From Eledone cirrhosa (taxonomy: Eukaryota): DNA of 64,000 bases. Every line of letters starts with the position of its first letter. Position 1 is the stretch's first letter. Position numbers and translations under genes: made by a program. The stretch spans positions 172,980,001-173,044,000 of the forward strand of contig OZ024740.1 in assembly GCA_964016885.1 (NCBI GenBank), written 5' to 3'. Below, piece after piece: positions 29,346 through 43,414 of the stretch. Below the pieces are notes generated by a model, which saw only the letters and a list, made by a program, of their open reading frames with translations, searched no databases and was not told the origin of the DNA.

Positions 29346-30245
29346 CATGGTGGCTGCCAACTCGTTTTCGAGTACGGCCACTACTTTATATCCATGTAGG
29401 AGAACCCTTACTGATGCGCTGAACGAGTGTGACTTTTTAGTCCAGCCAGCGACTTGAAAACTCTGGTACAAACACTACACTTGTGACAATTATTGACACA
29501 TAGTGCTGGACCCATGGTACCATGTGATGACAAGTACAGAGAGATCTCCAGATATAAAGCATATACATACATACATACATACATACATACATACATACAT
29601 ACATACATACATACATACATACATGACGATGGCCGCCCCCCTCGTTATCGAGTATGGCATTGCACGATATAACATTATTAATAATTACTAATTAATTCTA
29701 TCGTGCGATGCCTGCGCGTGAAGATATTTTTTAAAGTGAGGAAAGACTGTGCACTGAGCCAATCCCACTCTCTGAGCGACAGTAGTGATAACTCGAAAAG
29801 AAGAAAAGATCAACATCCTCGGTAACTACTGAGCCGCAGGTTTTATATCGGAGTTATCCCAGTTTCCTGAGTTGCCTTCTCCTAGAAGAATGCCCTGACA
29901 AAGGCTAGGGATCCTTCACTCCCAGTGGTTTAACCGCGCGATCGGGTGTCCAGCCCGACTATTTCTATGTCCCCACGCATATACATACACAGGCACCCAT
30001 GTATATACACATATATATACATATGTACATGTGTATATACATATTTACACACTTTTGGATGGCCGTTGACATTTACGAGTTCTTCCGCCCTTTGTCAGGT
30101 TTTGTTTTTTGTCCTGCAGGGTGTCCAAAATCACCCTCCTCACCAAGTAAACTTGGTGGGGTTGCCGATTTAGTCGCCGACGACCCGACCATGCGACAGG
30201 TGTTACTGGGTTACATGTTACCAGTAGCACTCAAGAGTGACCCGA
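29346..30245 (-). mobile_element. Composite non-autonomous RTE-derived elements
   Basis: 5' module matches the RTE leader at 26900-26965; 3' module encodes HKCSVCTRVFKSLAGLKSHTRSAH (C2H2); (ATGT)n tails. Confidence 0.75.
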
Positions 30246-30326
30246 CATATACATACATACATACATACATACATACATACATACATACATACATACATAC
30301 ATACATACATACATACATACATACAT

Positions 30327-31053
30327 GCAATACAGGAACAAGAACTCCCTACCAAATATCTGCTGCACAGAAGAGGAGGGCCAGCAGCTGACAATAAATG
30401 TAGGCTATGTAAAACAAAGATCGAGGATGTAAGCCACATTGTTGCCAGCTGCGAAAGAATGTCATCTCGCTACTACCTCCCCATGAGACACGATGGGATA
30501 GCTAGAACCATCTGGAACGCACTTCGGAAAACAAAATTAACAACAAACGAGGAAGAATATATTGAGACAGATGGCACTAAGGAATACTGGTGGAACCTGA
30601 AAATAAAAACTGCCACCAAATTAAAGCACAACCGGCCTGATATTGTAGTTTGGGACCACACATTGAAAACGTGTTCTGTTGTGGAGATCAGCTGCCCACT
30701 TGATGTAAACGTTGTCAGAAAAATACAGGAGAAGGAGGACATCTACGGACCATTGATGAGGAGTTTACAAATCCAGTATCCAAGATACACCTTTAGCTTC
30801 ATACCCATCATTATTGGTGCTACGGGTTATATACCAACCCGCTTGGACCAAAGTATGACTGAACTTGGATTTGCGGACAAAAAGCGCAGCTCCCTAATTC
30901 ATAGTCTACAAATGGCTGCGATAGCTGGCACCTTCAAAATTTGCAAAACATTCTTGCGATTCAAGGGATGACAATTTCTTTTCTTTTACAACCTTGCCAC
31001 CAGGAAGGTGGCCGGTCAAAAAAAATATACTCAAAATTAAGAGAAAGAGAAAA
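30327..31053 (+). mobile_element. 5'-truncated R4/Dong-clade non-LTR element (CCHC knuckle + RLE endonuclease; open to stop at 30971)
   Basis: AIQEQ..CRLC..EDVSHIVASC..RHD..HNRPDIVVWD..VVEISCP..EKEDIY..PIIIGATG; (CATA)n on both sides. Confidence 0.88.
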
Positions 31054-31172
31054 CATACATACATACATACATACATACGTACGTACGTATATAAAGAGAG
31101 AGTAAGAGGGAGAGAGATTGAGATAGAGCACCTATGGAGGGTAGATGTATACACACACACACATACACAACA

Positions 31173-31237
<65 letters not shown>

Positions 31238-31241
<4 letters not shown>

Positions 31242-31375
31242 AAAAGTATGACCCCGAGGGCAGAGCTCAAGCCGTTTCGACGGCTATTTCTGGACCCAGT
31301 CCAGAAATAGCCGTCGAAATAGTATTGAGTACTCTGGTGCGTTATGGTCCATCTGGTTCCTTACCACAATTCCTT

Positions 31376-31377
<2 letters not shown>
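31238..31377. mobile_element. Family A fold-back, internally deleted
   Basis: TTTCGACGGCTATTTCTGGAC-CCA-GTCCAGAAATAGCCGTCGAAA hairpin plus family A tail. Confidence 0.75.
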
Positions 31378-31429
<52 letters not shown>

Positions 31430-31560
31430 CAAGATTAAATAGACAAACTCAGGGGAAAATTACGTAAAGTCTTATTAATTTCGTGTGAGTAAAAAATAAA
31501 GCATTATTTTGATACTCTTTTCCGCTTATATATATATATATATATATTAATATATATATA

Positions 31561-32080
31561 CAGTATTTTCCGTTGTGTTGTAATATAAATATTACACACA
31601 GTAGATTATCAGCTCACGTAGAGTTTGCTCGACGGTTCTAGTTGTAGTTCCAAAAGTAATCCGGAGAAAAATAGAAAGATTTGAATGGATACAGTTTAGT
31701 TGAAAGGAATTTATTGACACGTGTTTTTATAACAGTTACATAACCTAAAACAGCTATCTACAAACTTTTAGTTATGCAGACATTCAATATTGGGAATCTA
31801 ATTACTCACTGCCACCAAGAATTCTCACTGCTATCGAAAAACCACTCCTTCAACTATTCTTCTAACAACTTCACCCCTCCCTCCTAATATTCTCTATAAA
31901 AACTAAATAGGTCCTCAGTAATATTATTCTGATGAAATGACAGTAAATAATAACATTGAAATATTGAATGTCTGCATAACTAAAAGTTTGTAGATAGCTG
32001 TTTTAGGTTATGTAACTGTTATAGAAACACGTGTCAATAAATTCCTTTCAACTAAACTGTATCCATTCAAATCTTTCTAT
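31561..32080. mobile_element. Fold-back element with a long-stem-II hammerhead (31924-32040, plus)
   Basis: Arms 31671-31791 and 31960-32080; TTATT CTGATGA A ATGACAGT...ACTGTTAT A GAAA CACGTG TC AATAA. Confidence 0.75.
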
Positions 32081-32081
32081 A

Positions 32082-32142
<61 letters not shown>

Positions 32143-34217
32143 ACCGTACACATACATATTGAGGTGAGAGTTTTGATTTATGTTTTGTTTTGTTTTTCTC
32201 CTTATCTCTGTTTTGTTCTTGGAAAATTTCAAATTTACGAAACTTATATTTTTCATAAACTGCAATTGATGACTTGAAGCAAGGGATCTGGAATTCTAAA
32301 GAAATATCTTTTCATAATGAATAATATTCATCAAACAATGATTAAATCCATTTTTAAAGAAAAAAAACAACAAAGAAATAACTGGAGAATTGAGCATACC
32401 ACAAATCATTCTATCCGACGTTCTAATGACTCTGCCTATATGCTGCCTTAAAATTTGAATATGAATAATTGAATAGTTTTAGTGGTCCATTCTAAAATGG
32501 ACCACTAAAACTATGCAATTATTCATATTCAAATTTTAAGGCAACATATTGGCAGTTATTAGAACGTCGGATAGAATGGTTTGTGGTATGCGTTCCGGCT
32601 CTCTGATCAACGTTGCATTTCATCCTTTCGAGATGGTAAAAAAGAAACAGTTCAGTACTGGGGTTGATTCTTTTCTCCTTTTCTTTTTCGCTCTCTCCCT
32701 ACTGCTCTGGAAAAAATCAGCCGTATTCAGATCGGTAAAGGGGATGAGCTTCGTCGGGTTTAAAGTACCACGACGTTGTATCTACGACACCATCACGAGT
32801 TTTTTGTTCATACATACAAATTTCAGTTTCTTCTTCATCTTCTTTATTTGCCTTTTTGTTACAAATTTGAATTTTATCGTAGAAGATTGATTTTAGCCAT
32901 CACAAATTCAACTGGCTCTTCCACGATGTAACTACCCAAGTTTTATCACGCTCTCTCAACTAAGTACAACTCCAAAGTTTATATTTCATTCTGAGTTTAG
33001 TTTCTATATTTATACTGATTTATCAGCCAATGTCATAATGTCTTTTAACTTTAAAATATAAATAGCAAGGAAAAGAAAGATAATAATAAATTACTGAAAA
33101 AAAATACAAATAAAAAAAGTAATTAACTCATTAACTAATTTTACTGTCAGGTAAACTATGACAAAACCAGGAAAAACATGCTTCTGGTTTTGGTGCATAA
33201 GGGTTTCCTATATTAGACACGGTTTGACCAAAGCGTTATAGATTTGGGGGAGACGGAAATACGTAATGTTTGTACTTATGTAAGTTAGTGTAAGATTATT
33301 TCTCTTATTATTTAGTCAGGTGAACGGGTTGTACCCATAAGTATTTTTAGGACCTCCGAACCAAATTAGGGGATCGGGGAGTTATCTTAAAACTGGAAAC
33401 CTGGTCCGGAGACTTGCAACAAAGTCGACCCTCTAAAGACAGCTAAGAGTCAGGTGATAGTGTTAAGCCGAACGGCGGATTAAACCTTTTATATTCAAAT
33501 ACTTTTTTCTCATAAATTTGGTGAATTTTCTCAGTCAGTAAAATTCGTTCACAATTTTGCAAAGTTGACAAAATCTCATAATCTCTCTACTTGCCAAATT
33601 GGTTCAGTTACTAAAAGAAGAAAATAACATTAATTAAATAAAGTGAATAAATGAATAAATAAATACAGAATGTAACAGTCTGTAATCCAGAAGTGAAGTG
33701 ATTTTACGCATTATCTTGTAAGTGTGTTTGTATATATATATATATATTCTCACAGAGAGAGAGAGAGAGAGGGGGGGGGGGCGAGAGAGAAACTCAGAAA
33801 CAAACATAGTTCAAGAAAGTTCATGAATTATTTGTTTCACAATCATTTCTTCCAATTACGTCGCAGTGATTTCACGCGCTCCATTGTAGTAAAGCAAATG
33901 CCGTTTAAATTAAAATAACCCTCTTTTTTACCAAAGAAGAAATTGCTTAACATTGCTATTGTTTAATCTTGTGTTAAATAATCAATTAACTCTGCTAAGT
34001 AATGGAAGTCTCGTCTGCTCAGAAAATAGATCAGTGAGAATATGGTTGTGTAACTTTGGAGATGGTGGTGCACAGAAGATACAAAATAGAGATATAGTGA
34101 CACACACACATATATATGAAATACCAATGATGGTTGGAAAATCACTGACGAAGGACTATTTTTATCATATGTAACCCATGTGCAAACCACGCAGTATTCT
34201 TCTTTCTTCTCATGTTT

Positions 34218-34306
<89 letters not shown>

Positions 34307-34316
34307 TTATTATTAT

Positions 34317-34440
34317 TCTGTTTTCAAATCCCGCTGAGGTTAACTTTACCTTTCATCCTTATGGGGCCGATAAAATAAAGTACCAGTAATGCACTGGGTA
34401 ATTACTGGTCTTGTGCCAAAAGTAGAAACAATTATTATTG
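34317..34440 (+). mobile_element. SINE S1, 5' truncated
   Basis: TTCAAATCCCGCTGAGGTTAACTTT..CAAAAGTAGAAACAATTATT. Confidence 0.8.
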
Positions 34441-34699
34441 TTATTATTATAGAGTTGGATAAAGAAAGAAAAGACAGCGTTTGGTGAGATTAGTTTTGAT
34501 TTTTTTACTTTCAGAGAGCAAGGCTAGGAATTTTCTTAGCCATTCGTGTTCCATAGAAAAAATGTTTCTACAAAAAATTTATTCTTCTCTAAGATGTATA
34601 TAAATAAACTTATCAAATCTTAAAAACTTTCTATGTACAAATAAGTTGAACACAAAACCACTTTTTTATGCAGTTGTACGAAGCAGAATTTTAAGAAAG

Positions 34700-35575
34700 C
34701 CACTGAGGCCTTTTCTACTCTTCAAGATTGCCTGTGGTCTCAGAAAGACCTGAAAAAGGAAACGAAGATAGATGTCTATAATGCCCGTGTTCTTACAAGC
34801 CTTCTTTATTCTTGCAAGCTTTGGTAGTTTAGCGGAAACATTTAAATCTACTGGAGCGCTCCCACCTGAGCTGCCTGAGATTGACCTTGGCATTCACTGG
34901 ATCTCACATGTTCCAGACTCAGAGGTACTGGAACGAACTGATACACTCAGCATAGAAGATCATATACACAAGTATACTTTCGTTAGGCAGGACATCTGGT
35001 ACAGCTTGGCGAGAATCGTATCCTTAAGCATGTACTTTACCGAGAGCTAGCTGAAGAAAAAAGGTCTCATGAGAAAGCTAAGAAACGTTTCAAGGACTGT
35101 GTCAAAGACTCACTGTCGCAATTCGACCTTGACTTTCATAACCAGGAAGTACAAGCTGATGACAGAAACAACTGGAGAAAACAAATATACGAAGGATGTT
35201 GCACATTCCACACTAAGACAATAAGTTGGGCAAAGACCAAAAGACCTGCATGCAAAGAAGAGGAAGTAGACCGAGCTGTTTCTCAGTTGGTTTTCCATAA
35301 GTGTGGCCGAATATGTTTGTCATACGCAGGACTTCAAAGCCATCTAAGGAGTCATTTAGATAACCCGCCAATAGATTATGCTTATTTTTATCGTCAGGCC
35401 AAAAACATGGATTTAGTTTACAGTCTTTGAGGCAAAACCTCTAAGTCTCTCACCGGCTTCAAAAGTCACTGTTGGCTTCACCTTCGTAGGAACAATCAGG
35501 TATAAGTCAAACTCTCAGCCATAGTCATGCTCGTCGAACGAGTATACAACCATCATATATGTATGTATGTATGTA
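34700..35575 (+). pseudogene. RTE LINE 3' fragment
   Basis: WISHVPDSEVLERT, KKRFKDCVKDSL and C2H2-like CGRICLSYAGLQSHLRSH in broken frames; (ATGT)n tail. Confidence 0.7.
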
Positions 35576-35796
35576 TAAACCCATACGTGTGTGTTTTTAT
35601 GCGCATGTGCATGTATGGATGTGCGTGTTTGTGTGTGTATGTATGTGTTTCTGTGTTTGTATCTGTTTTAGGTACGTTATTTTGTACAGTGATATAACCT
35701 TGTGCTGTTTCTGAACAAATATGTATATGCGTGTAGATATGTGTTTGGGTGTGTGAGTGTGCCTTTATATGCACCCACCCCCCTATATATATATAT

Positions 35797-36262
35797 AAGA
35801 ATAACATTCACAAAGATGCTGATGTTACATAAATAGTTTATTCATAATAATTCTTTCAGCGGTTCTTTTATGCAATCCAAGATGTAATTTATGTATTTGT
35901 TGTTGTTATGAGAACGGTATCTTCAGATGAAAAATCCGATTTTGTGATATGTTGCAGACAAAAATGAAGTCCTTCTTTTCGTGCGCCTAACTGACAAATA
36001 AGTTCCTAAAGGGTGGGAAAGACCCTGTAGGAACTTATATATCATCTGAAGATACCGTTCTCATAGCAGCAACACATGCATAAATTACAACTTGGATTGC
36101 ATAAGAGAACCGTTGAAATAATTATTATAAATAAACTATTTATGTAAAATCAGTATCTTTCTTAATGTTATTCTTATACTAAATCTCCATCGTAACTACA
36201 AACTTCGAATATAGAGAGCTTTCTCCTGCTTGCTCCTGTTTTTGCCAAAACAATTTCTACTG

Positions 36263-36263
<1 letters not shown>
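35797..36263 (+). mobile_element. Older fold-back element with a degenerate long-stem-II hammerhead
   Basis: Arms about 35797-35931 and 36042-36177; TCAT CTGAAGA TACCGTTCTC...GAGAACCGTT GAAA TAATTA TT. Confidence 0.6.
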
Positions 36264-36356
<93 letters not shown>

Positions 36357-36359
<3 letters not shown>

Positions 36360-36429
36360 TGTGTCCCCAAAATATGTATACAGACTGATTAGAATGCAGT
36401 GGAAATGTGTACACATTTTTGGGGACACC

Positions 36430-36432
<3 letters not shown>
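36357..36432. mobile_element. 76-bp Tc1/mariner-type MITE
   Basis: TIR CAGTGTGTCCCCAAAA / TTTTGGGGACACCCTG with TA on both sides. Confidence 0.75.
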
Positions 36433-36467
<35 letters not shown>

Positions 36468-36543
36468 TAGTATGGATTCAGTTTGAAACTGGTTAGACCT
36501 TTACTCAACAGAGTAGCCGATACTTAGGGCAGTAGACTATGGT

Positions 36544-36597
<54 letters not shown>

Positions 36598-37209
36598 TAT
36601 AGTATATTTTATAATTACTATCTTCTACGTTTTGAGTTCAAATCATGACGAACATATACTTCGCCTGTCACCTGTATGTGATGAATAAAATAACAATCAT
36701 GCATATACTGACTAGCATCCGCTCATATATACCACGCTCTTTTATATTACTTTATCCTTGAGCCTCTGTGTAGAAATCATTGTTCGGCGGCTCAAACGTT
36801 TTGATCCACATGCTTCCTTTCTCGCCATGCCAATCAATGATGCTAGTTATAGCGTCGCCTTATTAGTATATGGATAGCTGATAGGGGTTGTTACTTTGCA
36901 CTGCAATCAACGTTATCTTTTTAGAGTGGTGATGAGGTTAGTGTAGCAAACTGGATCAAACAGATCACTCCCAAAGGAAATAGATGGTTGAGAAGCGACG
37001 AGTGACGAGGGAAGGGGTGTAGTGACGTGGTGAAGGTGATAGAGTAGCGTCGTGTTTCTAAAACCCATGCTGTAAGGTCGATACTATGGAATGCAAGGTG
37101 TAAATGTTTCAGTGTTATCTCAATGTAGTTCTTTATGTACATCATGTAAATGAATATACAATGTTATTGATAATATTTCTGCATAGACACATACATATTT
37201 CGGTGTATG

Positions 37210-37320
<111 letters not shown>

Positions 37321-37327
37321 GTGTTTG

Positions 37328-37381
<54 letters not shown>

Positions 37382-37695
37382 TTTATATATATATATGTAT
37401 ATATATATATATGTATGCATTTATTTATGTATGTATATACACACACATTTATACATACACACCTTCATACATACAGACATTCATACATACATGTATACAT
37501 ACATAAATACATCATGAAATTTACATGTAAGGGATTGGGCATTTACCATACTACAGACAGGTGTACAATACAAGAAGTTCACGAAGAGACTCAGTACGAT
37601 ACTTCTGTGAAGAAGCTGCCCGTCCACTCAAATACACAACTTACTTTTAGGAATCGAACTCATGACCCTATACAAGACGTATGCTGTTAAATGTA

Positions 37696-37762
<67 letters not shown>

Positions 37763-37816
37763 TATATATATATATAAATATATTCATATATACCATATAT
37801 ATAACATATATATATA

Positions 37817-37881
<65 letters not shown>

Positions 37882-37922
37882 ATATATATATATATACCAT
37901 ATATATATATATATATATATAT

Positions 37923-38827
<905 letters not shown>

Positions 38828-38844
38828 TATATATATATATATAT

Positions 38845-38951
<107 letters not shown>

Positions 38952-38991
38952 TTGCGAGGTTTTTTATATGAAATCTTGTGTCGAAACAAAT

Positions 38992-39275
38992 ATTGTTATA
39001 CTTGGGGAGGGTCATGTTGTTGTAATAATATTGTCAGAAATAATAACAGAACAAACTCACTGTTTGGTTGGTTTTCGCTTCTGCATCTTTTATATCTCCA
39101 TAGTTAATTCATTTGGTCATGAATGTTTATCCTTGACTGAACAACGGTTAAAAATACAGATATAAATATATATATACAGTCTAACAAAGTTCTTTCGTTG
39201 CACATCTGCAACATCTGCAGTGGTACTATTATGTTTCCTCCTATTGTGTTGTGTTTAGTCCATTTTTATTTTAAT
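38992..39275 (-). mobile_element. Family E element
   Basis: Colinear with 55495-55780 and 63170-63440. Confidence 0.75.
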
Positions 39276-39323
39276 AAAAATAGCGTACACATAATATATT
39301 AATAATATATACATATATATATA

Positions 39324-39396
<73 letters not shown>

Positions 39397-39485
39397 ACTA
39401 AATATATATATATATATATATACAATATATATATATATACATATATATATATACCATATATATATATACTAAATATATATATATG

Positions 39486-39518
<33 letters not shown>

Positions 39519-39636
39519 CATATATAAATATACCATATATATATATGGTATACATATATATATATATGTATACCATATATATATATATATGGTATACATA
39601 TACATATATATACCATATATATATACCATATATATA

Positions 39637-39686
<50 letters not shown>

Positions 39687-39750
39687 CATAGATATATATA
39701 TATATAGCATATATATATACATATATACCATATATATATATATATACCAT

Positions 39751-39785
<35 letters not shown>

Positions 39786-39825
39786 CATATATATACCATA
39801 TACATATATATATATACCATATATA

Positions 39826-39942
<117 letters not shown>

Positions 39943-40085
39943 CATACATATATTTTACCATATGTATATATGCCATATATATATATATACCATATATATA
40001 TATACCATATATATATATAATATATATATATATTTATATATATACCATATATATATATAATATATATATACTATATATATATATA

Positions 40086-40120
<35 letters not shown>

Positions 40121-40296
40121 ATATATATGTATGTATACATACATATATATGGTATATACCATATATATGTATGTATACATACATATATATGGTATATATA
40201 AACATGAGAAGAATGAATACTGCGTGGTTGCACATGGGCTAAATAGTCCTTCATCAGTGATTTTCCAACCTTCATTGGCACTTCATCGCTTTAAAA

Positions 40297-40371
<75 letters not shown>

Positions 40372-40398
40372 ATATATATATATATATATATATATATA

Positions 40399-40473
<75 letters not shown>

Positions 40474-40480
<7 letters not shown>

Positions 40481-40871
40481 AGAACAAAAGATGGTTAAAA
40501 GAGTTCCATGTATTTTATTATGCGCATTTCAAAAACAAATATCATCATGCAATAATATTTGTGTTTTCATCAGATAAAACAGGAGGACATGATATGAAGG
40601 TTAAAAAACACTTGTGGATAGTTTAGTTTTTAAACTATCCACAAGTGTTTTTTAACCTTCATATCATGTCCTCCTGTTTTATCTGATGAAAACACAAATA
40701 TTATTGCATGATGATATTTGTTTTTGAAATGCGCATAATAAAATACATGGAACTCTTTTAACCATCTTTTGTTCTTATATATTATGTATACTCCAGTCCT
40801 ACAAACAGTAGAGTGCTTCTTATCCGATATCTGCATTGCTTTATTGTACTACAATAAAACTCACCTCCTAC
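40474..40871 (+). mobile_element. Young fold-back element with hammerheads on both strands
   Basis: Essentially perfect arms of about 150 bp around 40628. Plus HHR 40677-40743: TTTTAT CTGATGA AAACACAAATATT..GATATTTGTTTTT GAAA TGCGCA TA ATAAAA. Confidence 0.88.
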
Positions 40872-40880
40872 ATATATATA

Positions 40881-40948
<68 letters not shown>

Positions 40949-41170
40949 ATCGATAGACTTTCGTCAAATCGGACCGAGGAAACAATGTTTTTGCCGGTCT
41001 TTCCAGTTGCTAGTACTAACTATCTGTCGCTACTCAAGGCAGAAGGAACAACGACAAATAAAGTGTGTTCCTTAATGACTTAACGCATCACCCAGTCCAG
41101 GAATCGAACTTACAACCTCAAAATTGTGAATCCAATTCTCTAACCACTTATATATATATGTATATATATT

Positions 41171-41379
<209 letters not shown>

Positions 41380-41738
41380 ATATATATATTTATTAAAATA
41401 ACAGATTAAAGTTATAGTAAAGAATCGCTGCTTTCACCCTTAGCGGGATCTTCTGAAACTAACAAAGTCAATCTGTGAACGCAGAAGTGAATATTTTAAA
41501 AAACGTTGCAACCGGAGGAAGACAGGAAGACGATACTTTGGTTCGTGGAAACGTTGCCTGGCAAAGAACGGGAAAAAACGAATATAACACGTCATTATTT
41601 GGAGCGGTGAAAAACAATTACGCGCAAAGACAAAACCACGTTTATTAATAAATATTTGCTCTACGGTTCTCATATATTTGATATATATTTATCCTTATCG
41701 AGCCCTCTTTGGATTTTAATCTTCAAATTTATTATTAT

Positions 41739-41847
<109 letters not shown>

Positions 41848-41886
41848 TATATATACATACATACTTATATATATTTATATATATAT

Positions 41887-42190
41887 ATAATATAAAACGA
41901 AAAATCAGTGATGCATCTGAACTCAATTTATTGTGTGTTACAATTGTTTCGCCGGCGGACAGCTCCAGACGTGATCAATGTGTGGATCTGTCTGATTCTG
42001 GACCCGCAGATTCGACGGACACGTCTAATGATTTCGGAGCAAATTCCTTCACGGCGAAACAATTGTAACACAATAAATTGAGTTCAGATGCATCACTGAT
42101 TTTTTGTTTTATATTATATCATACTCTGTTCTGTAAGAGCATAGAGTGCTCAACCGGCATACCGCCTATGGAAGCACCTTAGCTACCATC
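41887..42190 (+). mobile_element. Fold-back element with the 3' half of a hammerhead
   Basis: Arms about 41887-41954 and 42052-42118; GC GAAA CAATTG TA ACAC; ACTC..GAGT hairpin at 42123-42147. Confidence 0.65.
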
Positions 42191-42191
42191 A

Positions 42192-42299
<108 letters not shown>

Positions 42300-42316
42300 C
42301 ATACACACACCACATG

Positions 42317-42396
<80 letters not shown>

Positions 42397-42544
42397 ATAT
42401 ATATATACTTACACACACCACCTGTATATATATATAAGTGGTGACACAACAGTTAGTTGACCATCCGAGAACAATTGTTTCACCTCAGCTGCGAAAGTCC
42501 GAAAGTAGTTCGAGTTAATAAGAAGATTAGGATGTTGTTGTTAT

Positions 42545-43085
42545 TCAATCCGGAGCTTTGTATTTATGTAAGAGGTGATTCCAGACATGTGAACAACGTT
42601 TGAAGATTTCATTGCTTGAGTTTAGGCAATCATTATTGCGTAATTTCCTTCGAATATTTATCCGTTCATCAATACACAGTCCACAAGACGGATTGCCCCT
42701 TGCGTATGGCTTGAACTTAGTGATGGCTTTCCATTGAATGGAGTAGTCTATACTTGAGTCCTTGAGGGGCCATACGTGGCTTGCGAGTTTCGTGGATGAT
42801 CGTTTGTCCGGGCACCTAAACGTCGACTGATGTATCAGGAAGCGTTCCTTAAATCGGCCCTCCGCCATACCGACATAGGATTTGACCTCCTGTGGTTGGT
42901 TTGGTCGGTTGGAAGTGATCACAGTTTCATAAACTACAGCGGGTGTGTTGCATTGCTGTTGAAGTGGACAAGCTTCAGGCTTTCGGCAAGAGCTCGTTGG
43001 TGGGGTGCTGCTCTTACGGATGTTGGTGATGTGGGCCTTCATATACTTAGCGCAGGAGTACCCTAGTTTTACTCTGTTATCTTTA
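42545..43085 (-). pseudogene. Penelope-like element (Neptune-type) C-terminus: Cys-rich linker + GIY-YIG endonuclease
   Basis: VKLGYSC..CRKPEACPLQQQC..AVVY..YVGMAEGRFKERF..H..TKLASHVW..CGLC..E..LN..EIFKRCSH. The first codons of the called ORF come from an unrelated repeat. Confidence 0.88.
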
Positions 43086-43346
43086 ACAGGCGCATAGTAA
43101 AACTCTTTTACTCTTTTACCTGTTCCAGCAATCCGGCTGAGGCCATGCTCGGGCACATATATATATGGTTTAACTTGATCTATTTTCTCTTCGTTTACTC
43201 ACATACATGTGCCATTGTCCAGTGTTCTCCCTTCTATCAGTGTGTTTACTTCGTTTTTTCCTTTTTTTCTTCTTCCCTTTTTTCTTTCTTTCTCTCTCAT
43301 CGACTGGTGTGAGGTATCGAACCCCATATCACCTATATGATACTGG

Positions 43347-43414
<68 letters not shown>

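Noticed and set aside
34105-34218. CTGA(C/T)GA-containing TA-adjacent repeat (second copy at 40200-40290, minus) as a hammerhead
   Set aside because: The repeat is real, but there is no downstream stem II/GAAA/NUH in the correct order
43090-43157. Start of the 203-aa GIY-YIG ORF (MPEHGLSR..)
   Set aside because: Derived from a short dispersed repeat tail also at 13523-13575 and 19698-19751
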